From the IMG/VR virus record IMGVR_UViG_3300024251_000023, positions 1 through 37,097 of that record: DNA of 37,097 nt, one strand, 5' to 3'. The notes below the pieces were generated by a model. It ran no database searches, had not been told where the DNA came from, and saw only the letters and a list, made by a program, of their open reading frames with translations. Origin of the DNA: a virus (Duplodnaviria > Caudoviricetes). Below are positions 25,873-34,849 of this stretch, piece after piece. The stretch's first letter is position 1; each line of letters opens with the position of its first letter. The position numbers were made by a program, and so were the translations under genes.

Positions 25873-26919
25873 ATGTCAAAAAACTTGCAACAGGTCTATA
25901 CGACTAACCCTATACTCACAAATCAGGCGACGGACTTAATGTATTTTGCCCGCTCACCTTATGCGGGTACTGACGACTGCGGAATGACCTATTCAAGTTT
26001 TGCCGCACAATTTGGCGCACCTTATACCCCTGCTGCCTTGTCAGGAACGAGCGACACCAATGTGACTATAACACTTGGTGGCACACCTTTGACTGCCTTA
26101 TTGCATGCCGCCTCAATCACCATGGGATGGACAGGTCAATTATCACCTGCAAGAGGTGGGACAGGCGTCAATAATGGTACTAGCACATTTACAATCGGTG
26201 GCAATTTCCAGATGACAGGTGCCTTTACTTTTAATGGCACGTTGACTGGAAATACCGCGGTAACATTTCCAACCAGTGGCACATTGGCAACAACGTCTCA
26301 AATTCCAACTGGAGCGGCTTTAACCGAAGTGAATGATACGAATGTCACTTTAACTTTAGGTGGAAGCCCCACTACAGCCCTAGTCAATGCAGCATCAATT
26401 ACAGCCGGATGGACAGGAACTTTAGCGGTAGGGCGCGGAGGTCTAGGCATTGGCACAACGCCAACCAATGGCCAAATTCCTATCGGTAATGGCACAAATT
26501 ATACCGCAGCAACAATCACCGCTGGCACTGGAATAACAGTCGGTAATGGCGCAGGCTCTATCACCATTAGCGTTACGGGTTCTGGCAACTGGGTAAACCA
26601 AACAACAGGCACTGTGACCATGGGTTCCAATACGGGCTATACCGTAAACAATGGGGCAAGTCTTGTAACATTAACGCTTCCTACTACAGCTAACCAAGGC
26701 GATTTTGTTGAAATTAATGGTTCTAGTGCCGGTGGATGGTCAATTGCGCAAGCCGCAGGTCAACAAATTTTTATGGGAAACCAATCAACTACATTAGGAG
26801 CAACCGGATCGTTGTCTTCTACAAACCTACACGATTGCGTCAGATTGCGCTCAACGGCAGCATCAGGCTCAACCACATGGGTAGTTGTGTCGGCTATTGG
26901 CTCATTAACAGTCGCTTGA
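25873..26919 (+). CDS. Tail fibre protein with internal duplication
   Basis: Two DTNVTxTLGGxPxTALxxAASITxGWTG units; GQIPIGNG; T/G-rich. Confidence 0.8.
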   Translation: MSKNLQQVYTTNPILTNQATDLMYFARSPYAGTDDCGMTYSSFAAQFGAPYTPAALSGTSDTNVTITLGGTPLTALLHAASITMGWTGQLSPARGGTGVNNGTSTFTIGGNFQMTGAFTFNGTLTGNTAVTFPTSGTLATTSQIPTGAALTEVNDTNVTLTLGGSPTTALVNAASITAGWTGTLAVGRGGLGIGTTPTNGQIPIGNGTNYTAATITAGTGITVGNGAGSITISVTGSGNWVNQTTGTVTMGSNTGYTVNNGASLVTLTLPTTANQGDFVEINGSSAGGWSIAQAAGQQIFMGNQSTTLGATGSLSSTNLHDCVRLRSTAASGSTTWVVVSAIGSLTVA

Positions 26920-26932
26920 TAAGGATATCGAA

Positions 26933-27634
26933 ATGGCTATTGAACAACGTTTTACCGACCTACCATCGGTTGCAAGCTCTCAACTGACCGACATAATTTG
27001 TGCAGTTCAAGGGTTTGTTGATTCATCAAACCCTGGATTGTCAACCCAGCAAACGCTAAGTCAGGTCTTATCCTTAGCGCAATCCAGTATTATCTTATTC
27101 AATGCAGGCAACCCAAATGGGGCTGTGGCGGGGACAACCTATCAGCTTTGCTGGGACACTGTTGACAATATTTTATGGGTTTGTACAACGTCTGGCACAA
27201 GCTCTACCGCAGTATGGACTAAATCGATTGAACTTACCGCCGGAGCAGGCGTTAGTATCAGCCAAGCTGGCTCGAACATCACCATCTCTGCAAGTTCTGT
27301 TGCGACTAATTTTGTTGTGGTTTCTACCACTTCGCAATCTATGGCTGTTGATACAACTTATCAACCGAATAATGCAGGCTTAGTTACTTTGAGCTTGCCT
27401 GCTACAGCGTCTTTAGGTGCACGTATCAACATCATAGGATTTGGTTCTGGTGGATGGCAGATTCAACAATCAGCAGGTCAACAAGTTATTGTTGGTAACG
27501 TTCAATCAAGCGTTGGTGCGGGGGGTTCGGTTTCATCAACCAACCAATACGATGCGATTGCCTTGTGCTGCGTGGTAGCCAATACCACATGGCAAGCTAC
27601 AGTCGCACCACAAGGAAGTTTAACCATTGTTTAA
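26933..27634 (+). CDS. Tail fibre protein
   Basis: GNPNGAVAG..WDT...LWVCTTSG; C-terminal domain paralogous to 25873..26919. Confidence 0.75.
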   Translation: MAIEQRFTDLPSVASSQLTDIICAVQGFVDSSNPGLSTQQTLSQVLSLAQSSIILFNAGNPNGAVAGTTYQLCWDTVDNILWVCTTSGTSSTAVWTKSIELTAGAGVSISQAGSNITISASSVATNFVVVSTTSQSMAVDTTYQPNNAGLVTLSLPATASLGARINIIGFGSGGWQIQQSAGQQVIVGNVQSSVGAGGSVSSTNQYDAIALCCVVANTTWQATVAPQGSLTIV

Positions 27635-27643
27635 GGATAAATC

Positions 27644-29209
27644 ATGGCAATTCAAAATGGCATCAATGCGAACTCAACGACCCCGTTGCCAACCACAGGT
27701 GGTGGAACAGGAGTTAATACGCCAACAACTGCGGCAACTGCTGGGCAATATGCTGCCTGGGACGCTAACAAAAATATGGCTTTTAATAACTATGTTTCTG
27801 GTTATACCACAACGGTTACTGCTGCGGGCACGACTGTCTTAACGGTAGCGAGCACCTACCAGCAGTTTTTTACAGGCTCTACAACACAGACTGTGACAAT
27901 GCCTGTGGTATCAACCTTAGCGCTTGGTCAGCAATTTTTAATTGTTAACTTATCTTCTGGTGCGGTAACAGTGCAATCATCCGGTGGTAATACCATCGTT
28001 ACATTGGCCGCTAACTCGCAAGCTGACTTAACCTGTATCTCACTAAGCGGTACTGGTTCTGGTAGCTGGCAGTCTGATTATGATTTAAACAATGCTGGGG
28101 TCGCATCAATTACTGGTACTGCAAACCAGGTTATTGCATCTGCGCCTACTGGGAATATTACCTTGAGTACCCCTCAAGATATAGCCACAAGCTCAAATGT
28201 GACATTCAATAGCCTTTCAACAACTAGTGTTGCTTTCCAGGGTAATGGTCAAACAATAAAATCAGCAGACGGTTTTGCAGCGCTCAGTATTTTCAACGGT
28301 GGAGGCACATCAGTTAACTCAGCAGGTGTTGCTGGCGGCGCAACTGGAGTACAGCCTCAAATATTTATGTCTGGTTCAGACACGGATGTTGGGTTAAAAA
28401 ATACAATGAAAGGTGCAGGTGTGTTTAGTGTTACCTCCACTTCAAGTTCACCATTTGTAATTGGTTCTGGTACTGGAATACAACATACCTCAACATTCAC
28501 TTTTCCTAACACAGCGGCAAGTAGAACCTATACTTTCCCCGATGCAACTGGAACTATCGCATTAACTGCGGGTTCTGGTGGTTTAAAAAGCTTCACAGTT
28601 CTTACTTCTGGAACCGCTGCAACCTACACAACACCTGCTGGCATTACTTCATTACTTGTTGAGGTGCTTGGCCCAGGCGGAGGAGGTGGTGGCTCTACTG
28701 GTGGTGCCAGTACGATTTCTCAAGGCGCAGGTGGTGGCTCTGGTGGTTACGCAAGACTTTGGATTCCTTCAGCAGCAGCGTCTTATACTTACACCGTTGG
28801 GACGGGAGGAGCTGCCGGCACAGCAGGTGGTGGCTCTGGTGGCACCGGAACAACAACGACCTTTAGCGCTTCATCCCTGCAAGCGACTTCTGGAACAGGC
28901 GGCGTTGGTATGGGAGCCATATCTATTGCGGGTGGCTCTGCTTCAATTGCGGGCAATCCAGGTGTAGGAACCAATGGAATTATCAACACACACGGAGAAC
29001 AAGGATCATTTGGATTTGTGGCCTTTGGTGTTATTAACGGCGGATTAGGAGGAAGCACTTATTTTGGTGGCGGCGGCTATACAACAGCAGTTGGCACAAC
29101 TCAAGCACCTAGTTTTGGTGGAGGTGGCGCAGGCGGATCATCATCAACTGTCAATACTGCTGGAAGTGCAGGCGGTGGCGGATTAATTGTAGTTTGGGAA
29201 TTTGCATAA
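27644..29209 (+). CDS. Tail fibre protein with Gly-rich C-terminal domain
   Basis: TYTTPAG..LLVEVLGPGGGGGG...GAGGGSGGY...GGGGLIVVWEFA. Confidence 0.8.
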   Translation: MAIQNGINANSTTPLPTTGGGTGVNTPTTAATAGQYAAWDANKNMAFNNYVSGYTTTVTAAGTTVLTVASTYQQFFTGSTTQTVTMPVVSTLALGQQFLIVNLSSGAVTVQSSGGNTIVTLAANSQADLTCISLSGTGSGSWQSDYDLNNAGVASITGTANQVIASAPTGNITLSTPQDIATSSNVTFNSLSTTSVAFQGNGQTIKSADGFAALSIFNGGGTSVNSAGVAGGATGVQPQIFMSGSDTDVGLKNTMKGAGVFSVTSTSSSPFVIGSGTGIQHTSTFTFPNTAASRTYTFPDATGTIALTAGSGGLKSFTVLTSGTAATYTTPAGITSLLVEVLGPGGGGGGSTGGASTISQGAGGGSGGYARLWIPSAAASYTYTVGTGGAAGTAGGGSGGTGTTTTFSASSLQATSGTGGVGMGAISIAGGSASIAGNPGVGTNGIINTHGEQGSFGFVAFGVINGGLGGSTYFGGGGYTTAVGTTQAPSFGGGGAGGSSSTVNTAGSAGGGGLIVVWEFA

Positions 29210-29221
29210 GGAGAGGCAACA

Positions 29222-29470
29222 ATGGCTATATTATCTGTAATCGGCGAGAGCCTGTATTACCTTAACATTAGACCGGCTCGTATCAATATCAAAACTGACG
29301 ACAGCTTGGCAACAGTGATGACAGAAGGTTATTTGGATGGTGAAACTTCATTGACCTACAGTGATGAACTCTTAGCGTTAGTTGAAACCACTGATGGATT
29401 AATAGAGCTTGCAGTATCTACCGCAAACGATCATGTGAGCTTAGTGGCACCACTTAATCCATTTGCCTAA
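29222..29470 (+). CDS. Small acidic protein sharing a motif with 12790..13809
   Basis: TDDSLATVMTEGYL vs TDNLATVTTAGYL. Confidence 0.7.
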   Translation: MAILSVIGESLYYLNIRPARINIKTDDSLATVMTEGYLDGETSLTYSDELLALVETTDGLIELAVSTANDHVSLVAPLNPFA

Positions 29471-29492
29471 TCAATAACTACAAGGATGTAGT

Positions 29493-30044
29493 ATGACTCT
29501 GCCTCTTACTAGTGAAGAGCGCTTTGAGTTTGCCGTTGGAAAGCTCCTAGAGCATGAAGGCGGCTTTACCGATTTACCGGCAGACCCAGGAGGGGCAACG
29601 AACTTCGGTATCACTCAGCGTGAACTTAGCCGTGTTTATCAAAAGCTTCATTTGCCGGCAGATGTTAGGAGTTTAACTCTTGATGATGCTAAAAAGTACT
29701 ATCGTATCGAATGGTGGGAGCCTTTTCATTATGACGCAATCAATTCCATTGCTGTTGGCGCAAAGATATTTGACATGGCAGTCAACATGGGCGCTCATCA
29801 AGCACATGAACTCGTCCAGCGCGCGTTAAACGACTTAGGGTACCGCCTTAAAGTTGATGGCCTATTAGGAGGAAAAACATTAGGCGCGATTAATGATTGC
29901 ATTAACCGACGCATGGATGATGACCTCATGGCAGACATTATCAACGAGCAGAAGTGGTTTTACGAGCATATCGTTGAAGATGATCCAAAACTGCATGTGT
30001 TTTTGAATGGATGGTTACATCGTGCCGCGTACCAAGGTACTTAA
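29493..30044 (+). CDS. Endolysin, glycoside hydrolase family 108 with peptidoglycan-binding C-terminus
   Basis: HEGGF..DPGGATNFGIT, FDMAVNMG, QRALN, VDGLLGGKT, FLNGWLHR. Confidence 0.93.
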   Translation: MTLPLTSEERFEFAVGKLLEHEGGFTDLPADPGGATNFGITQRELSRVYQKLHLPADVRSLTLDDAKKYYRIEWWEPFHYDAINSIAVGAKIFDMAVNMGAHQAHELVQRALNDLGYRLKVDGLLGGKTLGAINDCINRRMDDDLMADIINEQKWFYEHIVEDDPKLHVFLNGWLHRAAYQGT

Positions 30045-30444
30045 GTCTGGCGCGATGTCAGAAGAGACCATTCATAAAACCGTCATAGAGTGGGCTAGAT
30101 TACATCCTTTGTTAAAGCGCATAGTTTTGCACTTCCCTAATGAAGGAAAGCGTTCTGCGCGCTATGGGAAGCTTTTAAAGGATATGGGAATGCGTGCCGG
30201 TGTGTCAGACTTGTTCATAGCCACAGCACGTCATGGTTTTATCGGTGCTTGGATTGAATTAAAAAGCGCCAAAGGTGTTGTCAGTGACGCTCAAAAAGAT
30301 TTTTTAGACGACATGAGCCAGCAAAATTACTTCACTGCAATCTGCTGGTCATTGGATGAGGCCATCAATACCATTGACTGGTATTGTTTTAAAACGCAGG
30401 AATGTCATCATCGTCAAATGGAACATAGCTCTGTGTCTTCTTAG
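30007..30444 (+). CDS. VRR-NUC domain nuclease (start may be 30022 or 30055)
   Basis: HFPNEGKR, GMRAGVSDL, WIELK, SDAQKDF. Confidence 0.9.
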   Translation: MDGYIVPRTKVLKSGAMSEETIHKTVIEWARLHPLLKRIVLHFPNEGKRSARYGKLLKDMGMRAGVSDLFIATARHGFIGAWIELKSAKGVVSDAQKDFLDDMSQQNYFTAICWSLDEAINTIDWYCFKTQECHHRQMEHSSVSS

Positions 30445-30796
30445 GCTTTGGTTTTTCTTCGCCACTTTCTTTTTTGCCGCTCGTTAGCAACTTAATTTCA
30501 TTGGCATGAATTGAATAGACGTATTGGCCTGCACGGTCGCCTGATTCAATTTTCTTATTTTCAATATCACCTTCGATGTAAACCAACGCTCCAACTTGGG
30601 CGTATTTGTTCGCAATTTCAGACAATTTGCCAAAGAAATTAACATTATGCCAGGTTGTGACTTCTTTTTTATTGCCTTGAGAGTCGTTGTATTTCTTATT
30701 TGTGGCAATAGAAAGGGTGGTTATTTCACCACCATTTTTCAATACCTTAGACTCTTTATTCCCGATACGTCCAATGAGCTTTGCTTTCCCTAACAT
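30389..30796 (-). CDS. ssb: Single-stranded DNA-binding protein
   Basis: LIGRIG, SIATN, TTWHNVNFFGKLSE, VYIEG, acidic tail DDDDIPAF. Confidence 0.95.
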   Translation of the reverse strand: MLGKAKLIGRIGNKESKVLKNGGEITTLSIATNKKYNDSQGNKKEVTTWHNVNFFGKLSEIANKYAQVGALVYIEGDIENKKIESGDRAGQYVYSIHANEIKLLTSGKKESGEEKPKPKKTQSYVPFDDDDIPAF

Positions 30797-31830
30797 TATA
30801 ACTTCTCCAGTTGGTTTATTAATCTACGTGCCTGTTTTGCACTAAGTTCAGCCGTGGAACTGACTTTATAATATTCCAAGGCTTTCGTTATGCGCTCATT
30901 GTTAAATGACTTTTGTACGAACAACTCTTCAATGCGTACAAGGTCGTCGTCGCTTATCCCGTCATTGTCAGATTGCTCAGTGTGGCGTTCAAGATCATAA
31001 GATTCGCCTGTAATCTCTCTATCTCCTTGTTGCTCTGATACGTCAGCATGTTCAGTATCATTGAGTTGAACAGTAGCACTCCTAGAAGGATGTTCTTGAG
31101 CATGGGTTTCTCCCTCATTTATCCCTATGATTTTCTTAAGCCTATCCGTTTGCGTTGCAGTTGCCGGCACATCAATCACGGCTTGTGCGTCAATTACTGT
31201 AGCATCTTCTTGCTCAATTTCCGCTATTCTTATACCTCGTAACGCATCAGCAAATTTATCACGAAGGGCAAGTGAGCGCGCACGCATTTGCAACATCCTG
31301 GATGGATATGCAGACCAAACACCTCCTTTCTTTAATAACCCTGCTGTCGTTGCATCTTGCAAGGTGAACTTTTTAACATGTGGTGAATGACCTTTACGCA
31401 GCACCGTACACTGGTAGCCAATAATATTGTTCTTAGCATCTGTGATCGGCTGTTCATCAATGCTTTGACACTCAGGATGGCTTAATGCTAGCGCTAAAAG
31501 ACCATCTCCCCATAAGCAAGGGCGACCATTAACAACCGCAATATCTTGTAGCGACTGTTCAATGGGAAAACCCAGTTTGTAGCCCATAGCCATTGCAACA
31601 AACACATCTTCGGGCTTCCCTTTGTAGGAATTTGGTACAATGTTGGTTTTGGCAAGCATGGTTGCTACTTTTTGGTAATGGTCATAGAGTGCTGGCGAAA
31701 ACAAACTGTCTTCAAGTTTTGTGACCTTCTCAGCCTGTGTTACTTGTAGCTTATAGCGCAAGTCCATAATCTCATTTTGTTGTCTTGCAATGGTCAATTC
31801 GTTCTGTAATGTTGCTAATTCTGTATTCAT
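30796..31830 (-). CDS. RecT/Redbeta-like single-strand annealing protein
   Basis: IAVVNGRPCLWGD, WSAYPSRMLQMRAR..ALRDKFADALRG; lies between exonuclease and SSB. Confidence 0.85.
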   Translation of the reverse strand: MNTELATLQNELTIARQQNEIMDLRYKLQVTQAEKVTKLEDSLFSPALYDHYQKVATMLAKTNIVPNSYKGKPEDVFVAMAMGYKLGFPIEQSLQDIAVVNGRPCLWGDGLLALALSHPECQSIDEQPITDAKNNIIGYQCTVLRKGHSPHVKKFTLQDATTAGLLKKGGVWSAYPSRMLQMRARSLALRDKFADALRGIRIAEIEQEDATVIDAQAVIDVPATATQTDRLKKIIGINEGETHAQEHPSRSATVQLNDTEHADVSEQQGDREITGESYDLERHTEQSDNDGISDDDLVRIEELFVQKSFNNERITKALEYYKVSSTAELSAKQARRLINQLEKL

Positions 31831-31831
31831 G

Positions 31832-32002
31832 TTATTCACCTTCAATCAATTTTATGCCATCAATAAATGCTTCTGCGACTAAATGCGCGTCGTCTTCAGT
31901 AGTAAGGCCTCCATAACAAGCCAACGTGTCGCTGTTGCAGAAAATCTCAACTGCCCATTTACCTGTGGTTTGTTGAAAGACATCGCAGTGATAATTTTTC
32001 AT
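31832..32002 (-). CDS. 56-aa hypothetical protein (not in ORF track; MKNYHCDVFQQTTGKW...)
   Basis: ATGA overlap with the exonuclease stop; fills the gap before RecT. Confidence 0.7.
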   Translation of the reverse strand: MKNYHCDVFQQTTGKWAVEIFCNSDTLACYGGLTTEDDAHLVAEAFIDGIKLIEGE

Positions 32003-32841
32003 TGTGTCACCCCTTTTAATAAAAACGTTCTACTACCACGCTTGTTGCTTTTCCACGAGACAATAGGCTTGCCTGATTCATCAACTAAGCACTCAGCGTC
32101 TTGCATAAACTGCATGATGTTAAATTTGTACTTATCTTCGATGTCGTTAAGAGTCTTGATTTGAAAGCGTGTCTTGCCTAGATTTGTTAATTGTTCGGCA
32201 ATATCATTGTTAATTGTGAGCGTCTTTTCATCCGCATGCTTTGGGTACATGAGCTTTAAGTCAGTTTGGTTTATAGCAGCAGGTGGTGTCTTGGCTTGAA
32301 CACAATCCCAGAACTCTTTAGCACATTCGATAATCTTATCTTCAAGTGCTAAATCTCTGGTGTATTTGAACTCACGGTAATCATTACCACCAATCAGAAC
32401 CGCAATGTAGGCACAATCCGCATTGGTGACGGCGCAATAGTGTGCTACTTGCACAAGGTATGGCATTGGTATGACGTCTGAACCGTCTTCTCCCCACTCG
32501 CTGGCCATAAAGGAGGATGAGCATTTGACTTCGAGTACAGCATTAAGAGCAGGCACAAACCCGTCAATGTTGCCACGAAGAAAATCATAAATAGGATGAA
32601 TGATAGTGTCAGGCGTTTCCACAGTGACGTTATTGCGTTTAGCAAACTCTTCACGAACAATTCCCTCTAATTGATGACCCCAATATTGCAACTCTGTCAT
32701 CTCATCTGGTGATTCTATTTGGCCGCTCTTCTCAAGATAAAGCTGGTATGGCGTTTTATACTTTGATAAGCCCATGATGATTGGCATATCGGAACCACCA
32801 ATACCAAGCTTACGTTCTTCACGTTGTTGTTCTGTAATCAT
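31999..32841 (-). CDS. YqaJ/lambda-exonuclease family protein
   Basis: RKLGIGGSD, TPYQLYLEK, WGHQLE, NIDG, LEVK, YLVQVAHY, AVLIGG. Confidence 0.95.
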   Translation of the reverse strand: MITEQQREERKLGIGGSDMPIIMGLSKYKTPYQLYLEKSGQIESPDEMTELQYWGHQLEGIVREEFAKRNNVTVETPDTIIHPIYDFLRGNIDGFVPALNAVLEVKCSSSFMASEWGEDGSDVIPMPYLVQVAHYCAVTNADCAYIAVLIGGNDYREFKYTRDLALEDKIIECAKEFWDCVQAKTPPAAINQTDLKLMYPKHADEKTLTINNDIAEQLTNLGKTRFQIKTLNDIEDKYKFNIMQFMQDAECLVDESGKPIVSWKSNKRGSRTFLLKGVTQ

Positions 32842-32936
32842 AATAATACCTTCGTAAATAGTTCATATGTATGTAAAAAAAGAGTTCCTTTTCTCATAAT
32901 CTTTCCTTATTACCTGCAACATCATGTCGCTTGGCA

Positions 32937-32972
32937 TTGACATATGATGACTAATTCGCTATAGTTTGTCAA
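32937..32972. promoter_or_regulatory. Overlapping face-to-face sigma70 promoters (PL/PR-like)
   Basis: Plus: TTGACA-N17-TATAGT (32937-32965); minus: TTGACA-N17-CATCAT (32972-32944). Confidence 0.75.
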
Positions 32973-33000
32973 TCGGATTGTGCAAAAAAACAGGTGATTT

Positions 33001-33204
33001 ATGAGATTTAGTGAGGTCATGGCCTTTTACGACTACAAGATGATCAACATCGTCAAAAACGTCAAAGTGGCACGAGAGACCGTCAAGTCGTGGAAGCTTA
33101 AAGATAATATTCCTTTCGATAAACAGTGCATTATCCAAGTGCTGAGTGGCGGAAAATTAATCGCAAGAAAAGAGGATGATAATGAGTACAAGTTCCTTAA
33201 ATGA
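33001..33204 (+). CDS. Cro-like HTH regulator
   Basis: VARETVKSW....IPFDKQCIIQVLSGGKL matches the Cro/YdaS pattern; first gene after the PR-like promoter. Confidence 0.8.
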   Translation: MRFSEVMAFYDYKMINIVKNVKVARETVKSWKLKDNIPFDKQCIIQVLSGGKLIARKEDDNEYKFLK

Positions 33205-33412
33205 AGTATCTACTGAAGATTTAATGAAAGAATTTGATGCAAGATTGAGACAAGAATTAAGGAAAATTCCGATGCGTTTTACTGACCTTCAGATTGATCA
33301 TATTTGTTATCAGATTGGAGATTGGTACTTGATGATGAAGCCGTTGCTAGAAGGACAACATAATCTAGGTTACATGAAAGAGAAACTAAAAACGATGATT
33401 TGTGGGGAATAA
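33182..33412 (+). CDS. Hypothetical protein
   Basis: GAGGA SD. Confidence 0.7.
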   Translation: MSTSSLNEVSTEDLMKEFDARLRQELRKIPMRFTDLQIDHICYQIGDWYLMMKPLLEGQHNLGYMKEKLKTMICGE

Positions 33413-33733
33413 ATGGCTAAATATATGTGCAGTTGTGGGGTCAGTTTTGGTAAAGAAAAAGACACAAAAGAGCATCTAAGTACGCACCAAAAATTAAGCC
33501 TTGCGTGTGCTTTTTCAGACGGTGAAATACCGCATTTTATTATAAAAAGAGACTATTTAACGCGATTCTTGGAATGGTCACAAGATTGGTACAGTCCTTT
33601 CTGGTGGCGTTTTGCAGGCTTTATTATGGTTCACGGAGCGTTTGTGTTTCATTTTAGGTACAATATTTATGAGTCGCTTTTAAGTGGTTTTGGTTTAGGA
33701 ATGCTTATTCCTACCTGGTTGAAGGATGAATAA
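33413..33733 (+). CDS. Zn-finger-like N-terminus with hydrophobic C-terminal segments
   Basis: CSCGVSF...EHLSTH; WWRFAGFIMVHGAFVF; LLSGFGLGMLIP. Confidence 0.65.
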   Translation: MAKYMCSCGVSFGKEKDTKEHLSTHQKLSLACAFSDGEIPHFIIKRDYLTRFLEWSQDWYSPFWWRFAGFIMVHGAFVFHFRYNIYESLLSGFGLGMLIPTWLKDE

Positions 33734-33736
33734 GCA

Positions 33737-34144
33737 ATGGAATATACAGGACTTACGGATGAGCGCTACACTTGGGCTTTTGAAATTCAAAGGGGTATCT
33801 GGAACGAGCCTTATGTGTTACAACAATACAGACTAAACCGCAACTCAAACTTGTGGCGTTCTACACGGGAAGTAGAAAAATTATGCGAATATATTTTACA
33901 TTTAGAAGGAGCTAAACCCATGAGCGAGACCATAACAATACGCTGCGACTATTGTGACGCAGACATTACAACCTCTCCACACTACCCAGTGTACAGGCTT
34001 CGTGTTATTGAAGAAGTGCGTCAAATCACAGCCGACGCAACGCCTGTTCCTGATGAGCACTTACTTCCAACACCCAGCATGAATTTCTGCAACCTTGACC
34101 ACCTAACCCAATGGATTGAGGGACGCGGTAATCATGAAGGATAG
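33737..34144 (+). CDS. Hypothetical protein with probable internal in-frame start at 33920
   Basis: AAGGA SD upstream; AAGGAG SD before MSETITIRCDYC. Confidence 0.65.
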   Translation: MEYTGLTDERYTWAFEIQRGIWNEPYVLQQYRLNRNSNLWRSTREVEKLCEYILHLEGAKPMSETITIRCDYCDADITTSPHYPVYRLRVIEEVRQITADATPVPDEHLLPTPSMNFCNLDHLTQWIEGRGNHEG

Positions 34145-34475
34145 TACTAATTTTACGATAAGATACGCTGACCCCGAAGATGCCACCGTGATGGAGGCAT
34201 TTCTGGTGGACATCTTTGAGGCTGTGCGTAATCGCATGCTAGCTGCGTACAGAGCTAACATTCCTGAAATCATCAAAGTCCATCCACGAACGCTCATTAA
34301 CATGATTGCCGGCAACGTGGTAGTCAATTTGGTGCGTGGCTCAATCATTCCAGAATCTACGGTCAACATGCGTATGGAGGCTATCGAAGACACGTTGGAC
34401 GAGCTAACGGAGATTATCCGGTTCGTATGGCAGGCATTTGAAACACACCTAGCCCCTGAGGACAACCCTAACTAG
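34134..34475 (+). CDS. Hypothetical protein
   Basis: Open frame; packing. Confidence 0.7.
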   Translation: MKDSTNFTIRYADPEDATVMEAFLVDIFEAVRNRMLAAYRANIPEIIKVHPRTLINMIAGNVVVNLVRGSIIPESTVNMRMEAIEDTLDELTEIIRFVWQAFETHLAPEDNPN

Positions 34476-34483
34476 AGGTTATT

Positions 34484-34648
34484 ATGACTGATGAAATAAA
34501 AATCATGTTAGACAATGAATCACTTTCAACACTGCTGCGGTCTAACCTATCCTGCTACCTGAGCAAGCCTATAACATCAGAGTTATTAGATGACATTACA
34601 AGGCAAATAATTGAATCAATTGAGTTCTTTTTGAATCAGAAAAACTAG
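34484..34648 (+). CDS. 54-aa hypothetical protein (not in ORF track; MTDEIKIMLD...)
   Basis: GAGGT SD. Confidence 0.65.
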   Translation: MTDEIKIMLDNESLSTLLRSNLSCYLSKPITSELLDDITRQIIESIEFFLNQKN

Positions 34649-34849
34649 ATTTGGTAAGGGTTATTCTAAAAGTTGTGGTTTAGATGTATGATATTTAGGA
34701 AGTTTTGGAGGCATCCCAGCCTCTACAACCGATGTGGTTTGAATCGACACTCGCCAGTAGACATTCATAACCTTGGTACAGCGACAAATTCATGTTGCGG
34801 CTTTTTTGCGTCCGTAAGCCTATGACATGAATAACAAGGTAATTATATC

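Noticed and set aside
23602-29209. Gin/Cin-type invertible tail-fibre cassette or DGR target
   Set aside because: All fibre genes are co-oriented, no flanking inverted sites seen by eye, the recombinase is ~17 kb away, no reverse transcriptase, and repeats are diverged at the DNA level
30389-30444. Convergent 3' overlap of VRR-NUC and SSB (also 806-909) as antisense control
   Set aside because: Short tail-to-tail overlaps are common in compact phage genomes; no further evidence
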